From positions 1-58,217 of IMG/VR virus record IMGVR_UViG_3300029825_000010: 58,217 bases of DNA, one strand, 5' to 3'. The position numbers and the translations under genes are program-made. Under the pieces are notes generated by a model, which made no database searches, was not told where the DNA came from, and saw only the letters and a list, made by a program, of their open reading frames with translations. Below are positions 1 to 9,893 of the stretch, piece after piece; position 1 is the first letter of the stretch; each line of letters begins with the position of its first letter. This DNA is from a virus (taxonomy: Duplodnaviria; Caudoviricetes).

Positions 1-20
1 AAAGTGAGTAAACATTTTCT

Positions 21-49
21 TTGACACATTTTGATAGGTAATTTATTGT
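21..49 (+). promoter_or_regulatory. sigma70-like promoter (TTGACA-17 nt-TATTGT); predicted start site coincides with ATG at 56
   Basis: TTGACA at 21-26, TATTGT at 44-49, no Shine-Dalgarno before ATG 56. Confidence 0.6.
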
Positions 50-55
50 GGTTTC

Positions 56-490
56 ATGATTGAGATATACGAAAAAGGACTATTTGATAAGTATGGAGCA
101 GGGAGTTACTTGTTTGCCCTGATGCTTGGCTGCCTAAATCCAGAGACTAACAGGCTCGAAATTAACGGTAAGCCTATGAATAGTGTGGACTTATGCGCAT
201 ATGCTAACCTGACCATGCAAGAATTATCAAAGGCAGTCAAAGAATTGCTATCCATTAATGCAATTATGATTGTGCGTGGAAAGGGCAAAGAGTTTTACTT
301 TGCTAATCCAGAATACATTCGAGATGGCAATATGCTTCCAGATGATTTTGAGTGGTTGTTACAATTATTTGAGGAAGAGAATAACCAAGAAGATAAGAAT
401 CTTGTGTACTTTAAGAAGTCACATAGAAATCTCACGGTTAAAATAGGTGAAGCAATAACAGACTTAAACGACAGGAGTAGTAATGAATAA
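56..490 (+). CDS. winged-HTH protein, RepL-like
   Basis: HTH-like segment DLCAYANLTMQELSKAVKELLSINAI followed by wing and YFANPEY motif. Confidence 0.45.
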   Translation: MIEIYEKGLFDKYGAGSYLFALMLGCLNPETNRLEINGKPMNSVDLCAYANLTMQELSKAVKELLSINAIMIVRGKGKEFYFANPEYIRDGNMLPDDFEWLLQLFEEENNQEDKNLVYFKKSHRNLTVKIGEAITDLNDRSSNE

Positions 491-1784
491 AGGATTTTGC
501 GAAATACCAATAGACAAGTTAGTCAAGGCTGGCTGGAACTATAAGGAAAACAATCAGGAGCTTGCCGAAAAGCTGTCCAACAATATCAAACGTAACGGCC
601 AGATTGAGAATATCATTGTGCGTGAACTTGACACTGGCTTTTATGAAGTTGTTAATGGTAATCATCGGTTGGACGTGCTGAAAGAGCTTGGATTTGAGAC
701 AATATACTCATTTAATCTTGGTAGTATATCTGAGTCACAGGCTAAAAGGATTGCCGTTGAAACCAATGAGACAAAGTTTTCAAGCAACACGGAATCACTT
801 TCTGCACTTGTTAAGGAATTATCTATTGAGTTTGATGATATTGACCTGACTATGCCGTTCTCGGAAGAGGAGATGAACGAAATGTTGGCTGATGTTGATA
901 TGGAATCCTCTGGAATTAATGAATATGAAGAAGTGCCCGAAAAGGAAATAGAAGATATTCCAGAAAACAACGTTACAAAGCCAGGCGATGTTTATGAACT
1001 AAATGAACATAAGCTTGTGTGTGGGGATTGTACCATCCAAGAGGTGTTGGATATATTGTTTGAGAATAGGAAGGTTAATCTTGTTATCACAGACCCGCCA
1101 TATGGAGTTGATTATGGTGCAAAGAATAAAATGCTTAATAAGTTTCAGGGCAAGAATGATGTAAACAAGAAATATGGCACACGCATGGAAAGGGATATCA
1201 AGAATGATTCAATAGAAGATTACAGGAAGTTCTTTGCAAGCTTTATGTCAATCATTCCGTTTGCTGAAGTTAATTCATTCTATGCCTTCATTTCATCGCA
1301 GAACCTTCATAATCTTAGGTTAGCTTTTGATGATGCCAAGATGTGTTTCTCCAGTGTGCTTATTTGGCTGAAAAACCAGAATGTTATTAGCTGGATTGAT
1401 TACATGTATAAGACTGAGTTTATTATGTATGGTTGGAAGGGCAAGCATAAGTTTTACGGCAGCCACAACGAGATAAACATCTTTGAGTTTGACAAACCCA
1501 CCAAATCTAAACTCCATCCAACGATGAAGCCTGTGGAGTTGGTTAAGCGACTTATGAACAATAGCAGTAAGGCGGGAGATATTGTGTATGATGCCTTCCT
1601 CGGCTCTGGAACTACTCTAATAGCAGCACAGGAACTTGACAGAATATGTTATGGCACTGAACTTGATGAGCATTATTGTGACGTGATTGTGTTGCGGTGG
1701 GTAAATTACATGAAGGAAGCAGGGCTGGATTACTCCGTTAAGCGCAATGGTGAAGATGTGAGCAATGAAGCATGGCTAACATAA
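483..1784 (+). CDS. ParB/Srx N-terminal domain fused to beta-class N6-A/N4-C DNA methyltransferase
   Basis: VVNGNHR ParB motif; TDPPY catalytic motif, HPTMKP, DAFLGSGTT SAM motif; typical position next to terminase. Confidence 0.9.
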   Translation: MNKGFCEIPIDKLVKAGWNYKENNQELAEKLSNNIKRNGQIENIIVRELDTGFYEVVNGNHRLDVLKELGFETIYSFNLGSISESQAKRIAVETNETKFSSNTESLSALVKELSIEFDDIDLTMPFSEEEMNEMLADVDMESSGINEYEEVPEKEIEDIPENNVTKPGDVYELNEHKLVCGDCTIQEVLDILFENRKVNLVITDPPYGVDYGAKNKMLNKFQGKNDVNKKYGTRMERDIKNDSIEDYRKFFASFMSIIPFAEVNSFYAFISSQNLHNLRLAFDDAKMCFSSVLIWLKNQNVISWIDYMYKTEFIMYGWKGKHKFYGSHNEINIFEFDKPTKSKLHPTMKPVELVKRLMNNSSKAGDIVYDAFLGSGTTLIAAQELDRICYGTELDEHYCDVIVLRWVNYMKEAGLDYSVKRNGEDVSNEAWLT

Positions 1785-2380
1785 AGACAATAGACTGGGA
1801 TAAAATCAGGGCTGATTATGTCCTGAATCCCAGCTATCCCTCGTTTGATGAGATTGCCAAGATTCACGGCATTTCCAAGCCACTGATTTTGGCTAAGGCT
1901 AATGACTTGAATGACCCAATTAACCGGGGCAAGTCTTGGATTCAACAACGGCAATCTTACATTGAGAAGAAACAGCAGATACAAGAGGACATAGCGACCA
2001 ACGAAGCCAAGAGTTCAGTTAAGAACTTTGTGAAGGTTCTTAATAACATGGGCTTGAAGGCATTTAAGATAATCAATAGGGAGTTAGACTATATAGACAA
2101 AGTGCAGGCTGACGATATTGCTAACAGTAGGCCTCTGTCTATGCGAAAGCAGGTTAAGATGTCTGACATTACTAAGATTGTTGATGTGCTTCAAAAGATT
2201 GCTGGCGGCGAGGGTGTTAAGGAAATACTTGTTAAGTTGGAACTTGCCAATAAACAGGCAGATAATAGGAGCGTTAAATTGCAGGAACTATCTGATGAGG
2301 ACTTCAAGCAAATTGAGTATCAGATTAACAACGGTGGCGCACAGGCAATAGAGACCGACTATGAAGAGGTGAAGAACTAA
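1772..2380 (+). CDS. putative terminase small subunit
   Basis: N-terminal DWDKIRADY...IAKIHGIS HTH; directly upstream of terL. Confidence 0.6.
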   Translation: MANIKTIDWDKIRADYVLNPSYPSFDEIAKIHGISKPLILAKANDLNDPINRGKSWIQQRQSYIEKKQQIQEDIATNEAKSSVKNFVKVLNNMGLKAFKIINRELDYIDKVQADDIANSRPLSMRKQVKMSDITKIVDVLQKIAGGEGVKEILVKLELANKQADNRSVKLQELSDEDFKQIEYQINNGGAQAIETDYEEVKN

Positions 2381-3930
2381 TGTCTGACCTTACCTTCACG
2401 CAAGAGGAGTTTATCCTTGAGAAGCAACGCAGAGAGCGACAGAAATGTGATGAGCTTCAATTAAAGTTCTCGCCATATACTGAATACGGCTTTTGGGAGT
2501 TTCTGAAATACTTATATCCTGACTTCTATATAGATGAGAAAATACCGCTCATGGAGCTTTCAGAGATTCTCAGGCGAGTTACCACTGGCGAATTGAGAAA
2601 GGTGCTTATATCCTTCTTTCCACGTGCAGGCAAGAGTAGAACTTGTAGTCTTTGGATTGCGTGGTGGCTTGGCTATGACCCTGACGGCTCGTTTATGCGG
2701 AACTGCTATAATGATAACCTCGCAATGGACTTGTCTAAGGCGGTGTTAGATACTCTTAATATGGATGAATATAAGGTTGTGTTTCCCAACGTCAAGACAG
2801 ACCCTAAGGCATCATCTAAAATGTCTTGGCAACTTGACGGCACGACTATCTCCACATATTTTGGTGCAGGAATTAAAGGCACTATCACAGGGCGTGGTTG
2901 TAATAGGGCTGCTATTCTTGACGACCCTATCAAAGACCCGGAAGAGGCACTGTCTGAGACATACTTAGATAAACTTGACCTATTCATTGAGACGGTGCAT
3001 AACACTCGCATAAACACCACCTCAAACTGTGCCGAGATTATCATTCAGACGAGGTGGTGCGAGAAAGACCCAATTGGATTAAGGGAAGATGATGATTCTT
3101 GGCATAAGTTTATCTTTCCTGCACTTGACGAAAAAACCGGGAAAAGTGTTTGCGAGGCAATGATACCCACCGAAAAATTGCTAGCTATCAAGAATACTTG
3201 GGAAAAGAAGAATCTTGGCTGGATGTTTCAGGCTCTTTATATGTGCAAGCCCGCCGACAGGACTTTTGCTAAGTTGAGGCTGGATGATTTGAAGCGGTTT
3301 AGCATGAAAGACCTTGAAGAATTGGGCAACCCAGACGAGGTATTGGGCTGGTGTGATTACGCAAACAAGGGTACAGATAATTTGTCTGCCCCGTTCTGTT
3401 ATAGATACGGTAACAAGAAATATATTGTAGGCGTAGTATTCTCAAATGAGGACAGTGTTGCGCTGGAGAGACCGTTGCTTGAAAAGATTGCTTACTTCAA
3501 GCCAGATGATTTTGTGTTTGAAAGCAATCAGGGCGGTGTTGAATTTGCCATGAATTTGCAAAGAAACAATCAGGGCTTGTTCAGTGCGATTGGTCTTGAC
3601 ATAGATTATCGCTCAACATCAAGCAATAAAGAAATCAGAATTATGCTTGCATTAGGCGAAATTAAGAATAACTGTTATTTTCTTGAAGACGATGAACAAG
3701 ACGACCATTATAGGCGATTTATGTCTAATCTATCTAACTATGGAAAATATAAATACGGAAAGGATGATGCGCCTGATTCTATGGCAGGACTGTTGTCAAT
3801 GATGTCTGAATCATTCGATGTTGAGATAGATTCTGTTGGTTATGAAAATAAAATGCTTGACACTAAATATGTAAAAGATAATAATGAACCCGACACTGAA
3901 GAAGAAGATTCTGATGTTGAAATATTTTAG
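2380..3930 (+). CDS. terL: terminase large subunit
   Basis: Walker A FPRAGKS, ITGRG, Walker B ILDDPIKD, QTRW, nuclease acidic motifs DYA..GTD and KDDAPDS. Confidence 0.93.
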   Translation: MSDLTFTQEEFILEKQRRERQKCDELQLKFSPYTEYGFWEFLKYLYPDFYIDEKIPLMELSEILRRVTTGELRKVLISFFPRAGKSRTCSLWIAWWLGYDPDGSFMRNCYNDNLAMDLSKAVLDTLNMDEYKVVFPNVKTDPKASSKMSWQLDGTTISTYFGAGIKGTITGRGCNRAAILDDPIKDPEEALSETYLDKLDLFIETVHNTRINTTSNCAEIIIQTRWCEKDPIGLREDDDSWHKFIFPALDEKTGKSVCEAMIPTEKLLAIKNTWEKKNLGWMFQALYMCKPADRTFAKLRLDDLKRFSMKDLEELGNPDEVLGWCDYANKGTDNLSAPFCYRYGNKKYIVGVVFSNEDSVALERPLLEKIAYFKPDDFVFESNQGGVEFAMNLQRNNQGLFSAIGLDIDYRSTSSNKEIRIMLALGEIKNNCYFLEDDEQDDHYRRFMSNLSNYGKYKYGKDDAPDSMAGLLSMMSESFDVEIDSVGYENKMLDTKYVKDNNEPDTEEEDSDVEIF

Positions 3931-3941
3931 GGAGAACATAA

Positions 3942-5423
3942 TTGAAAGACGAAGTTAAAGTTGTTTCAGAAGAGCTTGTTTGCAACAACACGGTTGAGAA
4001 AGAGTTTCTTGGTGCCGATGAAGTATTTTTTGCGCCTATCTCTAAGTCAATAAGTTTGCCAAAGAGTTCTGTCAAGCTTGCTACGCCACAAAGCATTAAG
4101 TCTAATGGGTGTATTTTGCCTCCCTATAACCCCTCGCAAATTCTGGCATATAAAGCTATTGATATAACTTATCAAACCTGTATTGCCATCAAGGTTGACA
4201 CAGCAATTGGGCGTGGCTATTCATTCGGCTATAAGGATATTGACAAACACAAAGATGTTATTGACTTTTTCAAGTCACCAAACAGAAACTTTAATGATAC
4301 ATTTACTTCTATTCTCAAGAATATGTACACAGATTTTGAGTTATTTGATAATTGTTTTCTTGAATTTGTGAAGAGCGGGAACAAGAAATCCCTGTATTGC
4401 CTGCCTGCTAAGGATATGTATATTAAGCCAAAAATGGATAAGTTTGGCAACACTCTACGTGACATTGATAAGTATATGTATATTCCTAATGGTTGTTCCA
4501 GCCCGACTGTGTTTGAGCCATACCCTGTGTCATCCAAAACACAAGATGGTGTGCATTATTGCCTGCACATGAAAAGACCATCGCAAGAAAATCTTTATTA
4601 TGGCAAGCCGGACACATCGCATTTGTTTGACTTAATTAAGCAATCCTATTTGACAGACCAGTATAACATCAACTTCTTTTCTAACGGTGGACAGCCTGCC
4701 TGGGCGGTTTTAATTACAGGCGGGAAGCTAACCAAAAAGAGTTACGAAAAGATTAAGGAATTTATTGAGAATAATCTTAAAGGTGTTGCAAATTCGCACA
4801 AGATGCTATTTCTGTCTGTGCCAAACGAGAAAGCTCAGATTAAATTAGTGCCGCTTTCAAAATCTATTGATGAGCAGTTTATTACTTTGGCCGATAAAAT
4901 ACAGTTCAAGATTGCGCTTAAGTGTAGAGTTCATCCAAAATTGCTTGGCCTGTCACAGGGCGGAAATTTCGGTGGAGGCTCGGCTGGCATAACTGACTTG
5001 AAGCTGTTTATGGAAACTGTATCACAGCCGGAACAAAAGACTATTGTTGATTTTATTAACAGATTCCTTGAACTTGAGTTTGGTGTTAATTGTGAGTTTA
5101 GCCTGAACGGAATGAATATTTCTAACGAGAAAGACGATGCCATTATTGCCAACATGTATTACAATATGGTTGATGAGTTTGGTAATAGAGTATTATCCGT
5201 GAATGAAATCAGGCAGATGTTCTTGCGTCTCAAACCGATTGACCTTAAGAATACTCCACAAGACGAGAGCGAAACTGAACACATGGGCAATTTATCTGTT
5301 AAGCCTAATAAAGATGGCGACCTGCATACAAGCGACAATTCTGACTTAGGTCAAGGTGACGGACAGGCGTCTAATAATCTCGACCCGAACAAAAATAACG
5401 ACGAAAGCACAACAAAGTTATAG
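3942..5423 (+). CDS. portal protein (TTG start)
   Basis: follows terL; YYGKP, FFSNGGQP, HPKLLG motifs of PBSX/HK97-like portals. Confidence 0.88.
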   Translation: MKDEVKVVSEELVCNNTVEKEFLGADEVFFAPISKSISLPKSSVKLATPQSIKSNGCILPPYNPSQILAYKAIDITYQTCIAIKVDTAIGRGYSFGYKDIDKHKDVIDFFKSPNRNFNDTFTSILKNMYTDFELFDNCFLEFVKSGNKKSLYCLPAKDMYIKPKMDKFGNTLRDIDKYMYIPNGCSSPTVFEPYPVSSKTQDGVHYCLHMKRPSQENLYYGKPDTSHLFDLIKQSYLTDQYNINFFSNGGQPAWAVLITGGKLTKKSYEKIKEFIENNLKGVANSHKMLFLSVPNEKAQIKLVPLSKSIDEQFITLADKIQFKIALKCRVHPKLLGLSQGGNFGGGSAGITDLKLFMETVSQPEQKTIVDFINRFLELEFGVNCEFSLNGMNISNEKDDAIIANMYYNMVDEFGNRVLSVNEIRQMFLRLKPIDLKNTPQDESETEHMGNLSVKPNKDGDLHTSDNSDLGQGDGQASNNLDPNKNNDESTTKL

Positions 5424-5433
5424 GTGGTAAAAT

Positions 5434-6555
5434 ATGGAAACAATAAAGAAAAAGCGACAACTTAGCGATGTAACCATTACTCATGTTTCATACGTGAGAC
5501 GTGGCGCAAATAAGAAGCAATTCTTTCTTGCTAAATCTGCCTGTAGGCATTCTGATACAGAGTTTAAGGTAAGGTTCCTGTCAAAGAATGACGATGCCGA
5601 CGAAAAGCGTCTATTATATGGTATTGTTTATGAGCCTGACTCTGAGGACACCTATGGCGATTTCATGACAAGAGACGAAATTGAAAAAACCGCTCACGAG
5701 TTTCTTGAGCATTACCGTAATATCGATACTGAGCATAACCTGCTGGCTGGTGCCGGCGTGGTTGTCGAAAGCTATGTTGCACCCGTGAATCTAAATATTG
5801 GTGACAATGTTATCAAGGCAGGTAGTTGGGTCTTGGTTACACGTGCCAGTGAGGACATTTGGGAGGCATGGAAAAACGGCGAAATAACAGGTTATTCGAT
5901 GTTTGGTATTTCTCGTGAAGCCAAAATGAGCAAAGGAGAACCAACAATGAAATCATGGATGAACAGGGTTCTTGAAGCTATTGGTCTTTCTAAATCTTTT
6001 GATGAGGAACTGGAAAAGACATTTGATTCAATGTCAAAGAATCCATACTTTATCATGGAAATTATGCGAGAAGATTTCTTCAACAATATTTCGTGGGATT
6101 CTGCGAGCGAAGAACAGCTAACTGCTCTTTCGACATCAATGAAATCTGCTGCGGAATACATTGATAAGAAGATTTCTGAGGTTGCAAAATCAGCAAACGA
6201 GTCAGCAGCAGAACCAGAAACATCAACTGAGACTACGATTGCGAATGATACCAATGATTCAAGCGAACCAGAGACAACCGATAATGCAGAAGCAGAAAAA
6301 ACTGATTCTGAACCTATTGAAGTTGAAAAAACTGAAGTTGTCTCAATTGAAACGGTTATTAAAGGCGTGGGAGAGCAGTTTTTGCAATCCCTAAAGGAAA
6401 TGGAGCAGAAATTTGAAAGCAAGTTTGCTGAAATTAACAAGTCTCTCATTGAAACAAACGATAAACTCAACGACAAGCAGACCGAATCTTCCGTAGCTGT
6501 GCCTACTCGTGTAGAAATCAAACGCTCCGCTCCGGCTGGTCACGGTTTGTTATAG
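5434..6555 (+). CDS. XkdF-like prohead protease with acidic/coiled-coil scaffold C-terminus
   Basis: VSYVRRGANKKQF, YGIVYEPD..D..GD, IDTEH, VVESY, GSW, GEITGYSMFG. Confidence 0.85.
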   Translation: METIKKKRQLSDVTITHVSYVRRGANKKQFFLAKSACRHSDTEFKVRFLSKNDDADEKRLLYGIVYEPDSEDTYGDFMTRDEIEKTAHEFLEHYRNIDTEHNLLAGAGVVVESYVAPVNLNIGDNVIKAGSWVLVTRASEDIWEAWKNGEITGYSMFGISREAKMSKGEPTMKSWMNRVLEAIGLSKSFDEELEKTFDSMSKNPYFIMEIMREDFFNNISWDSASEEQLTALSTSMKSAAEYIDKKISEVAKSANESAAEPETSTETTIANDTNDSSEPETTDNAEAEKTDSEPIEVEKTEVVSIETVIKGVGEQFLQSLKEMEQKFESKFAEINKSLIETNDKLNDKQTESSVAVPTRVEIKRSAPAGHGLL

Positions 6556-6566
6556 GAGAAATTAAA

Positions 6567-8132
6567 ATGGAATTGAAAAATCTTACTATTGATGCAAAGG
6601 ATGCTCTCAATCTTATTAGCATTTTGCAAAAGAGCTTTGAACGTGGCGTTGCATCCGCTAATGAGGGTAATGCGCCAAAATTTAGTCCGCTGGCCGCTTA
6701 TTTGCTGTCTAAACATGCGGGCTACGAAATTGTAGATTCCGATGGTGTTCCTGTCGAGAAAAGTGAGGTTGACGAAACAACTCTTGACTTTACTCGTGGC
6801 AGAAGCCTGAGCGAAAAAGATGCAGAAATAGCAATACGCTATATCTATGACAAAAGCCCCTATCTCAAGTTGTTCAATACCCGTATCGTAAAAAGCCTAG
6901 TTACGGATGTCAAGGGCACTGCAATTACCAGCAAGAACTTGATTTCTAATGAGCAGAAAGGTGGTGCTGTTACTACCATTAACAGGCGTATTGTGCACAA
7001 TTTTGGAATCAATATGTGGCTCAAGAATGCTCAGTTGCAAAAGGATATTCCGCTTCAGACTGTTATTGACAACCTGCATAACCCTAACTTTGAGAATGAA
7101 GTTCTTAATGATGTGGCTATTGCTTTGGGTAATGATATTCTGAATCTTGCCATCAATGGCTTGGGCGGAAATTATGCCAGCACTGAAGATTTCTATGACC
7201 TTAATCTTGGTTTCAATAAGATGTTGCAAACAGCAGATGGTTCTAACACCAATACATATGGAACAATCAAAGTTCATGGCTTCTTGGGTCGTTATCTGAC
7301 TCCCCATAAGGTTGATGCAACCAGTGCAACTGGTTCTAATTATACTGGCGCAAATCTTATTGCTGTTATGCGCAAAGTATATGAAGCTATGCCTGCCGAG
7401 TTCAGAAGCGATACTGGAAATGTGTTTATGATGGCTCAGAAGGATGTTGACTTGTATATTGCGTCTCGTTCTGACATCACAAATCCGTCCAACCCTGTCA
7501 AGGAAGATATCCTGACCACCGGCAACGTTCCTCGTTTTATGGGCTATGCGCTGGTGGCAATCCCTGGCTGGCTGAGTATCAATGAAACTCACGAAAAAGA
7601 TGCAACGCTGTATGGCTCTATTCTGTTTGGCAACCCGAAGAATCTTGATGTTGCGTCCAATAGCACAAACTATCGCAAAGATATGTTCTACAACGCTCGT
7701 GCTACTACTGGTGCCGCATTTGAATATACCTATGATATGTATCTGGACTTCCAAGCTGCACGTCACAATAGCTTCGTAATTGCATTCAAGGGCGCAAAGG
7801 TCTCTGACCCTGTTCTGTTGTCTGCTGACGATGCAAAAAATGGCATGAACGCCTATACTCCCTCTGCAGCCAACACGTATGCTGAAACAGTTGCGAGCGG
7901 AACCCCTCTTCATGTATGTTGCCCGAATGAAGGTGCTGTTGTAGTAAGTTCAACTGAAGACCTCTCCGGGGCATCTTTTGATACTCTGGCCGAAGCTCTT
8001 GCTGCTGAGAATGCTGCTATTATTCCTGAAAATGGTCACTTCTCTCTTACTGCAAGCGACCACATTTATTTGAGGGCTTACCACCCCAACATGATTGCTT
8101 CTGATTGCATTGATTGTAATATTACAATTTAA
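6567..8132 (+). CDS. major capsid protein (HK97 fold) with C-terminal Fn3-associated/Ig-like extension
   Basis: position after protease; ALGNDILNLAING, FGNPKNL motifs; extra ~110 aa beta-rich C-terminus. Confidence 0.85.
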   Translation: MELKNLTIDAKDALNLISILQKSFERGVASANEGNAPKFSPLAAYLLSKHAGYEIVDSDGVPVEKSEVDETTLDFTRGRSLSEKDAEIAIRYIYDKSPYLKLFNTRIVKSLVTDVKGTAITSKNLISNEQKGGAVTTINRRIVHNFGINMWLKNAQLQKDIPLQTVIDNLHNPNFENEVLNDVAIALGNDILNLAINGLGGNYASTEDFYDLNLGFNKMLQTADGSNTNTYGTIKVHGFLGRYLTPHKVDATSATGSNYTGANLIAVMRKVYEAMPAEFRSDTGNVFMMAQKDVDLYIASRSDITNPSNPVKEDILTTGNVPRFMGYALVAIPGWLSINETHEKDATLYGSILFGNPKNLDVASNSTNYRKDMFYNARATTGAAFEYTYDMYLDFQAARHNSFVIAFKGAKVSDPVLLSADDAKNGMNAYTPSAANTYAETVASGTPLHVCCPNEGAVVVSSTEDLSGASFDTLAEALAAENAAIIPENGHFSLTASDHIYLRAYHPNMIASDCIDCNITI

Positions 8133-8153
8133 TATGGTCATAGGAGTTAAATT

Positions 8154-8384
8154 ATGAGTAAAAAGAAAACAGTTAAGAAACCTGAAGTTATCGATGAAAC
8201 TACTTTAGAAGTAATCGAAACTGAGGAAGTAAAGCCCAAAAAGAAAGTTAAGAAAGAGCCTGTCATGGTAAAAGTATTTATGAAACAGAGCTTTAATAAA
8301 TATCAATACCATGTACGGTATAGAATTGACCAGGCTGAGCTTGATAAGTTCCCGCCTGACTCTTACGTAATCATAAGTCACTAA
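8154..8384 (+). CDS. small hypothetical head-associated protein
   Basis: AGGAG RBS, Lys-rich, after capsid. Confidence 0.6.
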   Translation: MSKKKTVKKPEVIDETTLEVIETEEVKPKKKVKKEPVMVKVFMKQSFNKYQYHVRYRIDQAELDKFPPDSYVIISH

Positions 8385-8397
8385 GCAAGGAAATAAC

Positions 8398-8910
8398 ATG
8401 GCTGAACCTATTGTATATGAGAACTTAATCAAGGCTAAAATGACACAGCTTGCCAATATCACAACGCAGGCGCAAGATAGAATCAATTCACAGATTCTTT
8501 CCAGCGGGGCACGTGATATGTTGGAAAATCTTGGCGAGGGCATCTATCAGACGTATGTAGATGAATTAAATGATTTTGATTCTGACACATATGCTGCCTT
8601 TGACTCCTTGTCATTTGATGTGCTGGATAGCGAGCAAAAATCATTGCGCAACTTGATTTATGCAGAATCATATTTCAGCCTATATTACCTTGCAATTTCG
8701 TTAAAGAAGCTGGTTAAGGGGGCAGTAAACACCATCCGTGATTCTGCTGGTGGTGCAAATATTTATGCTGCCCCTTTTGAGGATTTGATAGCCAACGCCG
8801 ACAACTACCGAGACCTGGCTAATCAATGCCTGAGCTTTGCGACTGGGAATAATGAAGATGAACCTGATGATATTTATACGCAGGGTCAATTTGGAGTATT
8901 TACTATATGA
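8398..8910 (+). CDS. putative head-tail adaptor
   Basis: helical 170-aa protein at canonical neck position. Confidence 0.5.
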   Translation: MAEPIVYENLIKAKMTQLANITTQAQDRINSQILSSGARDMLENLGEGIYQTYVDELNDFDSDTYAAFDSLSFDVLDSEQKSLRNLIYAESYFSLYYLAISLKKLVKGAVNTIRDSAGGANIYAAPFEDLIANADNYRDLANQCLSFATGNNEDEPDDIYTQGQFGVFTI

Positions 8911-9302
8911 GCGTGACCAGTAATTTCTTGAAAAGACATCTTAATTTGGTTGCGGAAATACAGGCTGAGTATGGCGAATATGTAATAGCTAAGAGTGAAA
9001 CTGAACTTGCAATGGGAAACTTTCCTGCGATTGGGTTGTTTCTTGGCTCGTGTCAGCATAGCAAAGAGTCTATTAAATATGCTCCTATTCAGGATTCATA
9101 CATATTGTGTGTCTTTGATGCGTATGATATGGACAGTCCAACAGACCTTCTGGTCAAGCAACAGACAATGTTTGACTTGCTGGATGATATAATAGCTAAA
9201 ATGGATTACAATGTTCTGACCGACCTTGAGCCTGCTGTTTCTATTGGCATAGATGCAGGCACGTTCATAACAGGCTGGACAACAACAATAACGTTTAATT
9301 AA
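8907..9302 (+). CDS. putative tail terminator/neck protein
   Basis: FPAI motif, size and position before tail tube. Confidence 0.45.
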   Translation: MSVTSNFLKRHLNLVAEIQAEYGEYVIAKSETELAMGNFPAIGLFLGSCQHSKESIKYAPIQDSYILCVFDAYDMDSPTDLLVKQQTMFDLLDDIIAKMDYNVLTDLEPAVSIGIDAGTFITGWTTTITFN

Positions 9303-9317
9303 ACAGGAGAAAATATA

Positions 9318-9872
9318 ATGGCTAAAGTAATTTATGGAACAGACGGAATTAAGCAGAAAGACTATCGCATTTATGTTGGTCTTTCTGATAACTCTACTCT
9401 TCAGAGCGCAATTGATACCTACGTTGCTTCACCAACTCAGACAAATCTTAATGCGCTTATAGATACCCAAGGTGGCCAACTTGATACCAAGCTACAAGAG
9501 TTTGGTGAATGCCGAGCAGATTCTATTGACATGAGCATTGCAGATGGCGACTCTGTTGATGGTAATGTTTTAGGAAAGATTGTGTTAAATAAAGCTGGAA
9601 CATTCACTGCTGAACTTTTGAATGCTACTCCAGAAAATATTGCCGCAATTGAACTACTTGATGGTCGGAATTGCACAATATTGATGCTGGAACGTGATAC
9701 TCACATCGTTAATGGAATAGCAAATAAAACTGCTATTCTAATGAATGGATTCAACCTATCCTATACTGAAAAGATTACTGGTAGTGATTCCATTCGCTCA
9801 ACCATAACCATCGAAAAAAGCGTACCCTCCGCTGGCTCTTTCCGCATAATTGCTGACTTATCACAGGCTTAA
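9318..9872 (+). CDS. putative major tail (tube) protein, copy 1
   Basis: position, strong RBS, beta-rich; paralog of next gene. Confidence 0.6.
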   Translation: MAKVIYGTDGIKQKDYRIYVGLSDNSTLQSAIDTYVASPTQTNLNALIDTQGGQLDTKLQEFGECRADSIDMSIADGDSVDGNVLGKIVLNKAGTFTAELLNATPENIAAIELLDGRNCTILMLERDTHIVNGIANKTAILMNGFNLSYTEKITGSDSIRSTITIEKSVPSAGSFRIIADLSQA

Positions 9873-9893
9873 TGTGGCCTATGGAGGTAGCAA

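Noticed and set aside
6897-7913. 338-aa antisense ORF in the capsid gene, and similar antisense ORFs
   Set aside because: Shadow of codon bias on the coding strand; no RBS or recognisable motifs
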